Shown one piece after another: positions 37,018 to 46,632 of a DNA stretch of 64,000 nucleotides. The notes under the pieces are model-generated. The model was not told the DNA's origin, made no database searches, and worked only from the letters and a program-made list of their open reading frames with translations. This DNA comes from Oligoflexia bacterium (GTDB taxonomy: Bacteria > Bdellovibrionota > UBA1018 > CAIPTA01 > JAALKR01). The stretch spans positions 15,661 to 79,660 of the forward strand of contig JAALKR010000006.1 in assembly GCA_011087955.1 (NCBI GenBank), given 5' to 3'. Within the stretch, counting starts at the first letter, position 1, and each line of letters opens with the position of its first letter. The translations under genes were made by a program, and so were the position numbers.

Positions 37018-37883
37018 TCATCGACCGCATTGCTATCGGCCACTTGGGCAAGCTTTATGGACAAACGCTTTGCTAATAAGGAGCTCATGTCACTCTCGTA
37101 TTTCAACCCAAGCTTCAACAACGCCGAACCCCAACCACAAAACCCAACTCTAAACCCTCGATGAGTATCAATTTCTGGTTTAGTCGACCCCTTCCATGGC
37201 AAGAGCAGTTGGTGCAGAGTACGAACTCCCGCCCTTAAATCAGCCCAACGGAACTTCTGCGTGAGCGGATCGATAAAAGCAGCTAGGTTGAGATGAGCCC
37301 AAACCGCGTCGCCCAATTGTAGTTCTCCTCGGAATCTCCGGGCCTGGCTAAAATAAAGCGTGTGCAAATCCGTATTGCCAATTAACGCCTCCCAGACCTC
37401 ACCTATGCTTGAACGATATACATCCCCTTGTTCCTCAAAATTTTTTGAAAATAAAACGCCTGCAGAACGCCGCCAACGACTCCTCTGACTCGGACTCTTG
37501 CGCTTTAAGAATTGAGGCGCAGCTGGATGATCTAAAGCACAAATTGTATGTAAATGTGGATAAGGTTTCTCTCGAAAAGCCATACAACGATCTAAAACTC
37601 GACTAATTTGTTCTGTCCACTCGATCGGATCAGGCTCATTTACTTCAGAGAAACAAAAGGAGCGCCTAGAAATTGCTCCACTTTTTACCAGCATTTCGTA
37701 AATTTCTCGAAACGCTGTGTCCTCAGACTTACCAAACCCATTCGTAGCCGTTTCCATTTTTTTGTCTAAGACACCAATATTTTTTATTTTTTGCTGTTTA
37801 GAGATTCTGTTAGAGTGCTGACCACAAATAGGCGCGGGGGCTGCGTGAATCACTGAAAAAGGCGCCTTAAAATCTAACGGCAA
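37014..37883 (-). CDS. Hypothetical protein resembling the central core of ribonucleotide reductase alpha/NrdJ but lacking the catalytic Cys residues (pseudoenzyme or relic)
   Basis: The segments [36 protein letters not shown] and [24 protein letters not shown] are collinear with RNR motifs (R)VDHPDI.EFI, NPCGE...C.LGS.NL and R.GLG..G.AD.L..LG..Y.S. TTG start at 37883; an alternative start is ATG 37757. Confidence 0.4.
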   Translation of the reverse strand: [289 protein letters not shown]

Positions 37884-37981
37884 CGCATGTTGCCGAGTCG
37901 ATTTGCCTTTACACCCATGCCGACGATTATGCCTAGAGAAGCTGAATTCGTTGAGAGGAAAGAGTTTTGGAGGGTTATAGA

Positions 37982-39565
37982 ATGCCAGTTTTATCCTCGC
38001 GAGTACAAAAGAACTCGCCAGACTTTACTAATAATACTGCCCACCACAAAACACTTTGCGATAAATTAACGCAAAGAGTTAATACGAACGCTAAGGGCGG
38101 TGGAGAGAAAGCACTAAAAAAACATACGAATCGAGGAAAATTATTTGTACGTGATCGAATTACAAAACTTATTGATCCAAAAACTCATTTTTTAGAGCTT
38201 TCCGAACTTGCTGGCTATGGCATGTATGACAATCAGGCTCCTGGTGGAGGCATTGTTACCGGCATTGGTCGAGTTAGTGGAAGAGAAGTAATGATCGTAG
38301 CTAACGATGCTACAGTTAAGGGCGGAACCTACTTTCCAATCACCGTGAAAAAGCATTTACGAGCACAAGAAATCGCTCATGAAAATCGATTGCCTTGTAT
38401 TTATCTCGTGGACTCTGGTGGAGCTTTCTTGCCTTTACAAAGCGAAGTTTTCCCCGACAAAGAGCATTTCGGCAGAATTTTTTTCAACCAAGCCAATATG
38501 AGCGCAGACGGAATTCCACAAATATCTGCAGTCATGGGTTCTTGCACCGCCGGTGGCGCCTATGTTCCAGCCATGAGTGATGAAACTGTAATGGTAAAAA
38601 ATCAAGCAACAATTTTCCTTGCTGGACCGCCACTAGTGAAAGCCGCCACTGGAGAAGAAATCTCTGCAGAAGAATTAGGTGGCGCCGACACACACTGCAA
38701 AATTTCCGGCGTAGCTGATCATTATGCGGACGACGACGCTCATGCCTTAGAGATTGTACGAGATATCGTCGATAATTTAGGCCCGAGAACACCTGCATGT
38801 TTTGATCGGCAAGCGCCAGAAGAACCTGCAGTTCCAATTGAAGATATTTATGGAGTGATTCCTAGTGATTTGCGTAAACCCTATGATTCACGAGAAGTGA
38901 TCGCAAGAATCGTTGACGGTTCTCGCTTTCATGAGTTTAAAGCAAACTACGGCACAACTATTGTTTGTGGATTTGCCCATATTGAGGGTTATCCGGTAGG
39001 GATTATTGCCAATAATGGTGTACTCTTGTCTGAAAGTTCACAAAAAACGGCTCATTTCGTAGGGCTTTGTGGCAAGCGTGGCACGCCAATTCTCTTTCTA
39101 CAAAACATCACCGGATTTATGGTCGGCGGCAAAGCGGAAAAAGGTGGAATTGCCAAGGACGGCGCTAAGATGGTGATGGCTGTTGCGAATGCTAAAGTTC
39201 CAAAGTTCACGATAATTATTGGCGGTTCCTTTGGAGCAGGAAATTATGGTATGTGCGGGCGCGCCTACTCACCTAGACTGCTTTGGATGTGGCCAAACGC
39301 CAGAATTTCCGTCATGGGTGGCGAGCAAGCTGCGGGTGTTCTCACAACTATCCATTCTGGCTCAGATGCAGAAAAAAATAAGCTGCGAGCAGAAATTCTT
39401 GAAAAGTACGAAGAGGAAGGAAGCCCGTATACTAGTTCTGCAAGACTTTGGGACGATGGCGTCATCGACCCAAAAGAAACGCGTAAAGTTCTAGCCTTAT
39501 CCTTGGCAATGAGCTTAGAAAATCAGACCACGCCGGAAACAACCCACGGTATATTCCGAATGTAA
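37982..39565 (+). CDS. mccB: Methylcrotonyl-CoA carboxylase beta (carboxyltransferase) subunit
   Basis: The N-terminal [26 protein letters not shown]...FLELSELAG pattern and two carboxyltransferase halves. Sits in a cluster with hydratase, biotin carboxylase and HMG-CoA lyase. ATG 37982 has a GGAGGG RBS. Confidence 0.9.
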   Translation: MPVLSSRVQKNSPDFTNNTAHHKTLCDKLTQRVNTNAKGGGEKALKKHTNRGKLFVRDRITKLIDPKTHFLELSELAGYGMYDNQAPGGGIVTGIGRVSGREVMIVANDATVKGGTYFPITVKKHLRAQEIAHENRLPCIYLVDSGGAFLPLQSEVFPDKEHFGRIFFNQANMSADGIPQISAVMGSCTAGGAYVPAMSDETVMVKNQATIFLAGPPLVKAATGEEISAEELGGADTHCKISGVADHYADDDAHALEIVRDIVDNLGPRTPACFDRQAPEEPAVPIEDIYGVIPSDLRKPYDSREVIARIVDGSRFHEFKANYGTTIVCGFAHIEGYPVGIIANNGVLLSESSQKTAHFVGLCGKRGTPILFLQNITGFMVGGKAEKGGIAKDGAKMVMAVANAKVPKFTIIIGGSFGAGNYGMCGRAYSPRLLWMWPNARISVMGGEQAAGVLTTIHSGSDAEKNKLRAEILEKYEEEGSPYTSSARLWDDGVIDPKETRKVLALSLAMSLENQTTPETTHGIFRM

Positions 39566-39594
39566 TTGAAGAAATAGATGATGAAGAGGAGTAG

Positions 39595-40413
39595 ATGATG
39601 GAATTGAAACATATAAATCTAGAGCTAAAAGAAGCCGGAAAAATTCTTTCTCTACAGTTGAATCGCCCAAAGAAACGAAATGCATTTAATGATGAATTAA
39701 TTTCTGAATTTCAGCAGGTCTTCGACGGACCAGCCCTTTCCAAAGGGGATAGCTATGAAAGCGTTCGGCTTATTCTCCTCCATGGCGCAGGAAAAGCATT
39801 TTGTGCTGGCGGTGATTTAAATTGGATGAAAGCATCTTTGGACCTAAGTGAAGAAGACAACTTCAAGGACTGTCAGAAACTCACCAAAATGTTTCAAACC
39901 ATGGACACCTGCCCGAACCCGGTTGTCGGCGTAGTACATGGCTATGCCATTGGAGGCGGTGTAGGGTTAGCTTCCATCTGTGACCATTTAATTGCAGAGA
40001 CGGAAACAGTTTTTAGTTTGTCGGAAGTCAAATTGGGTTTGATTCCAGCTTGCATCGCCCCCTTCGTCCTAGGAAAAGTAGGGTACTCCCAGTGTCGTTC
40101 GCTTTTTGTTTCTGGTGAGCGGTTTAAGGCAGAAAAGGCACAGAAAATTGGGCTCGTTCATGAAATAGCTAATAAGGACGAATTATGGGAAGTAGCGAAC
40201 AAAAGAATTCAATTGATTCTCGAAGGCGGACCGCGTGCCATTGGTGTGGCAAAGTCACTTCTACACAAACTCAAAGGTGAGCTAGCCAATGCCCCACTTC
40301 AGGAGCAATTAGGCTTTGCCGCTGGCCAATTAGCACAACTTCGAGTTTCTCAAGAGGGCCAAGAGGGTCTGCGTTCGTTTTTGGAAAAGCGTAGCCCAGC
40401 CTGGAGAGCATAA
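39595..40413 (+). CDS. Enoyl-CoA hydratase family (methylglutaconyl-CoA hydratase by context)
   Basis: Crotonase fold motifs (NRPKKRNAF, FCAGGDL, GYAIGGG). Located between the MCC subunit genes. Confidence 0.85.
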   Translation: MMELKHINLELKEAGKILSLQLNRPKKRNAFNDELISEFQQVFDGPALSKGDSYESVRLILLHGAGKAFCAGGDLNWMKASLDLSEEDNFKDCQKLTKMFQTMDTCPNPVVGVVHGYAIGGGVGLASICDHLIAETETVFSLSEVKLGLIPACIAPFVLGKVGYSQCRSLFVSGERFKAEKAQKIGLVHEIANKDELWEVANKRIQLILEGGPRAIGVAKSLLHKLKGELANAPLQEQLGFAAGQLAQLRVSQEGQEGLRSFLEKRSPAWRA

Positions 40414-40418
40414 CAAAA

Positions 40419-41924
40419 ATGAGTCTACAGCGGATTATGGTTCTGAATCGCGGGGAAATTGCTTGTCGTATTATTCAAGCTATTCAAGAAATGGGAAAAA
40501 CCGCCATCACCGTTTATAGTGATGTGGACGCCAATGCCCGGCATGTGCAACTGGCAGACGAAGCCTACCCTCTCCCTGGAACCTCCGCTACGGAGACCTA
40601 TTTGAACTTTGCCTTGCTCTTAAAAATTGCGGCCACTCAAAATGTCGAGGCTGTGCACCCTGGTTACGGATTTTTATCCGAGCGCTCGGTCGCAGCAAAA
40701 TCGTTTACGGACGCAGGCGTAAAGTGGATTGGGCCGAGCGCAGAGGCGATTGAGAAGCTAGGAAACAAACTTTCCGCCAAACGCTTATTAGATAAAGCGA
40801 AGGTTCCTTCCCTCCCCTGGGCTGAAGTAAACCTCAGCAATCTTGACCTGGCTGCTAGTAAAGCAAAGGAGATTGCCTACCCCCTTCTGCTTAAGGCCGC
40901 TGCTGGCGGTGGCGGTAAAGGAATGCGCCTGGTTCACACATCCGAGGATTTAGAGGCTGGTATTCAAGCTGCCGCTAGTGAAGGAAAGAATTTTTTCGGA
41001 GACCCCACTGTCTTTATGGAGAAATTTATTAAACGCCCACGACATGTGGAAGTACAGATCATCGGCGATGAGCAGGGAATGATATATGACCTTGGCGAGC
41101 GTGATTGCTCCGCTCAGCGCCGACACCAGAAAATTATTGAAGAATCTCCTGCCCCCAATTTTTCCAATGCTTCGAGACTTGCTATTGCCAAAGCAGCCTG
41201 TGATCTCGCCAAATCCGTGGGCTACGCCAGCGCCGGAACCATAGAGTTTCTCGTCGATGAGGATGAAAATTTCTACTTCCTTGAATTAAACTCACGCCTG
41301 CAAGTTGAGCATTGTGTAACCGAACAGGTTTGGGGAGTAGACTTGGTAAAAGCTCAAATCAGTATCTCAGAAGGCAAAAGCTGCAAGGACATATTCGGTC
41401 CTAGGGAAGCAATGCATGCGCGCGGACACTCGATAGAAATGCGCATCTACGCAGAAGACCCTCGCAATGAGTTCATGCCGGCACCGGGAAAAATCATACG
41501 CTTGAAGTGGCCTAGTGGTACTGGAATTCGTATTGAAACAGGAATTTGTGAAGGCGATGAGGTTGGCCTGGATTATGATCCAATGATTGCAAAGCTAGTG
41601 GTGACCGCTCCGAACCGAAAAGCAGCAATCGACCGGTCGATCTGGGCTTTACAACACACCGTTGTCTTTGGTGTGACCACAAATATCAACTACCTCCAAG
41701 ATATTCTTACCCACGAAGCATTCCGAAAGAAAGGTATGTACGTGAAATTTTTAGAAAATGAGTTTAGTCCTTGGGAGGACCCGCTCCCAGATTACATCCT
41801 TGAAAATGAGGTAGAAATTCGGCGATCGGCTGATATTGCTGGAGCAAGCAACGGAAACTCGAAGGTTGGGATGAATGCGGATGTTGAAACGAATGCCTAT
41901 GCCAGTCCTTGGGAGCTTAGATGA
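40419..41924 (+). CDS. mccA: Biotin carboxylase part of MCC alpha subunit (no BCCP domain)
   Basis: ATP-grasp biotin carboxylase motifs (NRGEIACRII, GGGGKGMR, ELNSRLQVEH). 501 aa. The stop overlaps the next ATG (ATGA at 41921..41924). Confidence 0.9.
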   Translation: MSLQRIMVLNRGEIACRIIQAIQEMGKTAITVYSDVDANARHVQLADEAYPLPGTSATETYLNFALLLKIAATQNVEAVHPGYGFLSERSVAAKSFTDAGVKWIGPSAEAIEKLGNKLSAKRLLDKAKVPSLPWAEVNLSNLDLAASKAKEIAYPLLLKAAAGGGGKGMRLVHTSEDLEAGIQAAASEGKNFFGDPTVFMEKFIKRPRHVEVQIIGDEQGMIYDLGERDCSAQRRHQKIIEESPAPNFSNASRLAIAKAACDLAKSVGYASAGTIEFLVDEDENFYFLELNSRLQVEHCVTEQVWGVDLVKAQISISEGKSCKDIFGPREAMHARGHSIEMRIYAEDPRNEFMPAPGKIIRLKWPSGTGIRIETGICEGDEVGLDYDPMIAKLVVTAPNRKAAIDRSIWALQHTVVFGVTTNINYLQDILTHEAFRKKGMYVKFLENEFSPWEDPLPDYILENEVEIRRSADIAGASNGNSKVGMNADVETNAYASPWELR

Positions 41925-42265
41925 CTCAGGAATCCTTACGAATGGGGCGCAAGACTTGGCTCCAGTATAACGGCCGAATTTACTGTTTAGAAGAAAGTGT
42001 CCGTGGAGTATCGAACAAAGAAACTACAAGTGATTTGATTGCACCTTTTTCCTGTAAGATATTGAAGCTAATGGTCGAACCGGGAGCGGATGTAAAGACT
42101 GGTGATCCAGTGCTCAGCGTAGAAGCTATGAAAATGGAGCATACTTTTACGAGCCCCAAGAATGGTAAAATCAAAACCTTCTTAGTCGCCGAATCAGCCA
42201 TAGTTGAAGATGGAACAAAGTTTGTAGAGTGGGAAGAGCAATGTGGGAAGAGTAATGGCAGTTGA
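41921..42265 (+). CDS. Biotin carboxyl carrier (biotinyl domain) part of MCC alpha, as a separate ORF
   Basis: 114 aa with VEAMKMEH (AMKM biotinylation motif). Translationally coupled to the biotin carboxylase ORF. Confidence 0.8.
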   Translation: MTQESLRMGRKTWLQYNGRIYCLEESVRGVSNKETTSDLIAPFSCKILKLMVEPGADVKTGDPVLSVEAMKMEHTFTSPKNGKIKTFLVAESAIVEDGTKFVEWEEQCGKSNGS

Positions 42266-43196
42266 TATCCGCGTGGTTGAAGTTGGAGCACGAGACGGGC
42301 TACAAAATGAGCCAAGCTTTAAGTCTTTACCTGAAGAGAATCTCGCGCGAGTGCGTGCGGACTTCGTTATTGCGTTAGCTGACGCTGGGATAATTGACGT
42401 AGAAGCCGGTGCTTTTGTCCGACCGGATAAAATTCCGCAAATGGCCGCAACTGATAAGGTTCTTTCGCTTTTACAATCTGAACGCCCCGATCTTTGGAAT
42501 ACTCGAAGATTTTGGGTCTTAGTCCCCAATATGAAAGGGTTAGAACTTGCGATGCAAGCAGGTGCTAAGCATATTTCTGTATTTACCGCTACGAGCAATG
42601 CTTTCAACGAACGCAATATTAAGATGTCGATTGAGGATTCATTGTCAGTTATCGCCGATATAACCTCTTCTGCAAAGGAGGCAGGGGTTGAAGTGCGTGG
42701 CTATGTGTCGACCGTGTGGGGATGTCCGTACACCGGTGACACTGATCCCAAAAAAGCTATTTTCATAACAGAAAAATTGCTGGAATATGGAGTTTCAGAA
42801 GTTTCTTTAGGTGACACCATTGGGGTTGCAACCCCGAACCGAGTAAACACTATACTTCGGGAGTTTCAAAAGGACTGGCCGCTTGCAGTGCATTTTCATG
42901 ACACAAGAGGTACCGCGATTGCTAATTGTTTACGTGCTATCGACGAAGGAATACGTGTAGTGGACTCCTCTGCTGGTGGTCTTGGCGGATGTCCATATGC
43001 GAAAGGTGCTTCTGGCAACCTGGCAACGGAAGATTTACTATATATGCTGCATGGAATGGAATACAATACTCGTGTGGGCAACACTCGAATAGACACGGAT
43101 CGCATATGCGAGGCTGGAGAAGTTATTGCAGAAAGATTGCAACTCCATCTTCCTTCGCGATTCCATTCTGCATGGAAAGCAGCCCAGAGGAAGTAG
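42255..43196 (+). CDS. Hydroxymethylglutaryl-CoA lyase
   Basis: VEVGARDGLQNE, HFHDTRG and GGCPYA motifs. ATG 42255 is preferred over track GTG 42243. Confidence 0.9.
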   Translation: MAVDIRVVEVGARDGLQNEPSFKSLPEENLARVRADFVIALADAGIIDVEAGAFVRPDKIPQMAATDKVLSLLQSERPDLWNTRRFWVLVPNMKGLELAMQAGAKHISVFTATSNAFNERNIKMSIEDSLSVIADITSSAKEAGVEVRGYVSTVWGCPYTGDTDPKKAIFITEKLLEYGVSEVSLGDTIGVATPNRVNTILREFQKDWPLAVHFHDTRGTAIANCLRAIDEGIRVVDSSAGGLGGCPYAKGASGNLATEDLLYMLHGMEYNTRVGNTRIDTDRICEAGEVIAERLQLHLPSRFHSAWKAAQRK

Positions 43197-43236
43197 CCTA
43201 GAGATCGAAGAGTTAACCGAAATTAGAGACGGCAAG

Positions 43237-43704
43237 ATGGTTACAATCTGCTATATTTTGCGGAATAACGCAGATAAAGTAATTGATGAGGTCGAAAAAA
43301 AAGACCCTCTCGAGTATTTGCACGGCGGAGCTCAATTAATTCCTGGACTGGAAACTGCGCTTACGGGGCTACGTGCCGGTGATCGCAAGAAAGTTACCGT
43401 ACAACCGGAGCATGCCTATGGTCACCCGGACTCAGACCTAGAATTTGAAGTTAGTAAGGAAGCCTTTCCAGAAGATATGAAAATTGAAGAAGGCATGACC
43501 TTTGAGAACCCAGCCCTCTCAGAAGACGAGCTGATGCTTTTCACTGTAAAATCTATTAAAAATGGATCAGTTGTATTGGATGGAAACCACCCTTTATCTG
43601 GGCAAGTATTGCATTTCACCGTAGATATACTTAGTGTCCGCGACCCGGACCCAGAAGACTTAATGCTGCTAGAGCCAAATGATGGCCCCGAAACGGTACA
43701 CTAA
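43237..43704 (+). CDS. FKBP-type peptidyl-prolyl isomerase, SlyD-like (with insert-in-flap region)
   Basis: EYLHGGAQLIPGLETAL.G...GD and LDGNHPLSGQ.L.F.V.I patterns match SlyD. The first ATG is 43237; the track ORF start 43126 lies inside the lyase gene. The true start could be slightly upstream at a non-ATG codon. Confidence 0.8.
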   Translation: MVTICYILRNNADKVIDEVEKKDPLEYLHGGAQLIPGLETALTGLRAGDRKKVTVQPEHAYGHPDSDLEFEVSKEAFPEDMKIEEGMTFENPALSEDELMLFTVKSIKNGSVVLDGNHPLSGQVLHFTVDILSVRDPDPEDLMLLEPNDGPETVH

Positions 43705-43758
43705 ACTCTAAAATCACATAGATTCTAAGATTCAATGCAATACAGCGCTTTTTGTGCA

Positions 43759-43792
43759 TGCAATTAGTTGCAGAGCATGCATATATATTGCA
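43759..43792 (+). promoter_or_regulatory. Two TGCA-ended AT-rich palindromic elements upstream of argG (candidate operator, ARG-box-like)
   Basis: TGCAATTAGTTGCA (43759..43772; 6 of 7 palindromic pairs) and TGCATATATATTGCA (43778..43792), about 80 nt upstream of the argG start. Confidence 0.25.
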
Positions 43793-43870
43793 TATAAAAG
43801 GAGGAATTCATCAACGCATAAAACCTGCGAAGGCGTGAAAATTGTGAGCGAATGAAAGGATAGGAACGAA

Positions 43871-45211
43871 GTGCAACTAGGAACTGAAAAGAAAAAGATA
43901 CTCCTCGCTTTCTCTGGCGGGCTCGATACCTCTGCTATCATCCCCTGGCTAAAGGAGCAATATGATGCGGATGTAATCGCCTATTGCTCGGACCTTGGGA
44001 ACTCTCCGGATGGCACTTATTTAAAGCAATGGGCCAAAGAGCTTGGAGCTTGTGATTTTATTTTTGATGACCTTCGCAATGAGTTTGCAGCTAATTATGT
44101 TTTTCCAGCCGTGCGAGCTGGCGCTACTTACCAGGATGATTACCTCCTCGGAACTGCACTTGCTCGCCCATTGATTGCAGAACGAGTAACCTATTATGCA
44201 AAGCAGTTTGGTGCCTCCGCCATTGCCCACGGTGCTACAGGAAAAGGAAATGACCAAATTCGTTTTGAAAAGTCTTGGGCCTATTTGGCCCCCGATGTGG
44301 AAATCATCGCGCCTTGGAAGATTTGGAATTTTAAAGGGCGTGCTGACCTTGCTGACTATTTAACTAAGAAGGGCTATCCAACTAATGCGGAAGAGAAAAT
44401 CTATTCCATCGACGTAAACCTAATGCACCGATCTTGCGAAGGCGGTGTCCTGGAAGACCTTGCCCAAGCCTATAATCCAAATGAAATTTACGAGTGGGTA
44501 AGCCCACCTGAGGTCGTAAAAACATTAGACGATTGCACGGACGTAACGATTCAATTCCAAAATGGCATTCCTATTGCCATCAATAGTCCCCCAAATGATC
44601 ATCAAGAAAAGAGCCCCAGAAACAGCCTAAAATACGAGCCGGCAGAGCTATTATCTGTTTTGAACGACCTAGCAGGGAACGCAGGGTTTGGCGTGCTTGA
44701 TTTAGTTGAAGAGCGTAGCATTGGAATGAAGGGTCGCGGAATCTACGAAACTCCAGGTGCATCCCTATTAATGCTTGCAATAAAGTCATTAAAGCATGTC
44801 TGCTGGGACCGCGCTTTACTCACTACTAGTCGCTCACTTGCCAATCAATACGGCGATTTGATCTATGATGGCGCCTGGCATTCAGATGTACGTTCCGCTA
44901 TCGAAGCCTTCTTTGAATCCGCCTCTAGTTACTTAACTGGTGAAGTAAGTATTCGCTTAGAAAGTGGCATTGCTCGAATTAATAGCCGTAAGTCACCTTA
45001 CGCACTCTATGATGCAGAGTCAGTAACCTTTGAAGAAGATCACGATGGGATCCATCACGCCGCACTTGGGTATTGCAAAATTATTAATGCAAACCAAAAA
45101 CGACAAGGAAAACGAGCCCAGAAATTTGCCCTAGACCAGGCTACAATGGGAGTGGCGAAAAATAGAGACAGGAAATTTTATGGCCACAATTACAATGAAT
45201 CAAAGATTTGA
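43871..45211 (+). CDS. argG: Argininosuccinate synthase
   Basis: AFSGGLDTS ATP-pyrophosphatase motif, and GATGKGNDQ.RFE. GTG start with an AGGA-containing RBS. Confidence 0.95.
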   Translation: MQLGTEKKKILLAFSGGLDTSAIIPWLKEQYDADVIAYCSDLGNSPDGTYLKQWAKELGACDFIFDDLRNEFAANYVFPAVRAGATYQDDYLLGTALARPLIAERVTYYAKQFGASAIAHGATGKGNDQIRFEKSWAYLAPDVEIIAPWKIWNFKGRADLADYLTKKGYPTNAEEKIYSIDVNLMHRSCEGGVLEDLAQAYNPNEIYEWVSPPEVVKTLDDCTDVTIQFQNGIPIAINSPPNDHQEKSPRNSLKYEPAELLSVLNDLAGNAGFGVLDLVEERSIGMKGRGIYETPGASLLMLAIKSLKHVCWDRALLTTSRSLANQYGDLIYDGAWHSDVRSAIEAFFESASSYLTGEVSIRLESGIARINSRKSPYALYDAESVTFEEDHDGIHHAALGYCKIINANQKRQGKRAQKFALDQATMGVAKNRDRKFYGHNYNESKI

Positions 45212-46595
45212 CCCAAGCTCAGAAAAGTCTATCTATGATCTTACTCAAGGGATTCAGGTCGATAGCCAAATTGCCGCCCAAGAAGTAGCGGTGCAGAAGG
45301 AGTGGGCCAGATCCTTAGCAAAAGCAGGTATACTGAGTGTGGAAGAAGCAGATCAGATTTGCCAAAATCTAGAAAAAGCCTTCGTACAGATCCAAGCCGG
45401 GACCTTTGATTGGTCGATTGAGGACGAAGATATTCATATGAATCTAGAATCCTTTCTCACTAAGCATCTGGGCGAATTGGGCAAACGTCTCCACATCGGG
45501 CGTTCGAGAAATGATTTAATCGCTACAACTTTGCGCCTCTTTACCCGTGATGAGTTGACAGAAGTTATTCAAGCATTGTACGAATTTGCCTTAGTGATTG
45601 CGGAACGCGCAGAAAAAGATCTGAACTGCATTCTTCCTGGCTTTACACATTTGCAAGCGGGGCAACCACTACGCCATGGCCATGTCCTCGCCTCTCATGG
45701 CTGGTCACTCGTTCGTGATTTGAAGCGATTACAAAGAGCTCGTGAACACGCAATGGAAGAAATGCCCTTGGGTGCGGCCGCACTGACAGGAACTACGTTG
45801 AATATTGATTTGACTGCTCTGGCAAAAGCACTTGGATTCACAAGCCCAAACTGGAACTCCTATAATGCAGTTGGAAATCGCGATTTTATCGTGGAGGCGT
45901 TGGACGCTCTTGCATCTATTGCCATTCACTGTTCACGCCTGGCGGAGGATTGTATTATCTGGTCTTCGACGGCCTTCGCAATTGTAAAGCTACCGTATGA
46001 ATGGTCAACCGGGTCTTCTATAATGCCAAATAAGCGTAATCCTGATGTAGCGGAGCTTGTTCGTGCAAAATCGGCTCATATCGTATCTGCTGCCACAAAC
46101 GCACATAACTTGCTCAAAGGTTTACCCAGCTCCTATGTCTCGGACCTGCATGAGATTAAGTCCGTATTCTTACGCTCACTTAAAGAGACAAAAGAAATTT
46201 TAAAATTCTTTCCAGAATTGATCTCTCGCCTGGAGCCGAATCGCGAGCGTATGCAGGAATTATTGTCACAAGGAAATATTCTCGCCACTGAGATTGCAAA
46301 CCATCTAACAGGTAATGGCGAAACTTTCCGTGACGCCTACGACCAGACCGCTATGCTTGTAAAATGCGCCAAAGAGTTAAAAACTTCTGTGGAAGACTTA
46401 CCAAAAGCTACGTGGCAAAAAATTGCGCCAAGACTAGATTCTAAATTTATGCAGGATCTAAGTTTCGAAGCCGCTGTCGAACGACGCGATTTGCAAGGCG
46501 GCACTTCACTAGCTACTGCTAAAGCAGGAATTAAGCAGTTGAAGCAAAATTTGAACCAAGAGCTGGCCTGGCAGAAAAAGGGTACGCGGGCGTGA
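45180..46595 (+). CDS. argH: Argininosuccinate lyase
   Basis: GRSRNDLIAT and GSSIMPNKRNPD signature. Overlaps the argG end by 32 nt. Confidence 0.95.
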   Translation: MATITMNQRFDPSSEKSIYDLTQGIQVDSQIAAQEVAVQKEWARSLAKAGILSVEEADQICQNLEKAFVQIQAGTFDWSIEDEDIHMNLESFLTKHLGELGKRLHIGRSRNDLIATTLRLFTRDELTEVIQALYEFALVIAERAEKDLNCILPGFTHLQAGQPLRHGHVLASHGWSLVRDLKRLQRAREHAMEEMPLGAAALTGTTLNIDLTALAKALGFTSPNWNSYNAVGNRDFIVEALDALASIAIHCSRLAEDCIIWSSTAFAIVKLPYEWSTGSSIMPNKRNPDVAELVRAKSAHIVSAATNAHNLLKGLPSSYVSDLHEIKSVFLRSLKETKEILKFFPELISRLEPNRERMQELLSQGNILATEIANHLTGNGETFRDAYDQTAMLVKCAKELKTSVEDLPKATWQKIAPRLDSKFMQDLSFEAAVERRDLQGGTSLATAKAGIKQLKQNLNQELAWQKKGTRA

Positions 46596-46632
46596 GAGTA
46601 AGCAGGCTTTTCAAGCCTTAACCGAGAAATTT

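Noticed and set aside
43126-43236. Track N-terminal extension of the FKBP ORF
   Set aside because: The extension lies within the 3' end of the HMG-CoA lyase gene in another frame, and homology to SlyD begins around the ATG at 43237. A non-ATG start a few codons upstream cannot be excluded.
43751-43775. Sigma-54 promoter (TGGCAC-N5-TTGCA) upstream of argG, because of TTGCA
   Set aside because: The -24 GG element is absent (the sequence is GTGCATGCAATTAGTTGCA) and the spacing does not fit.
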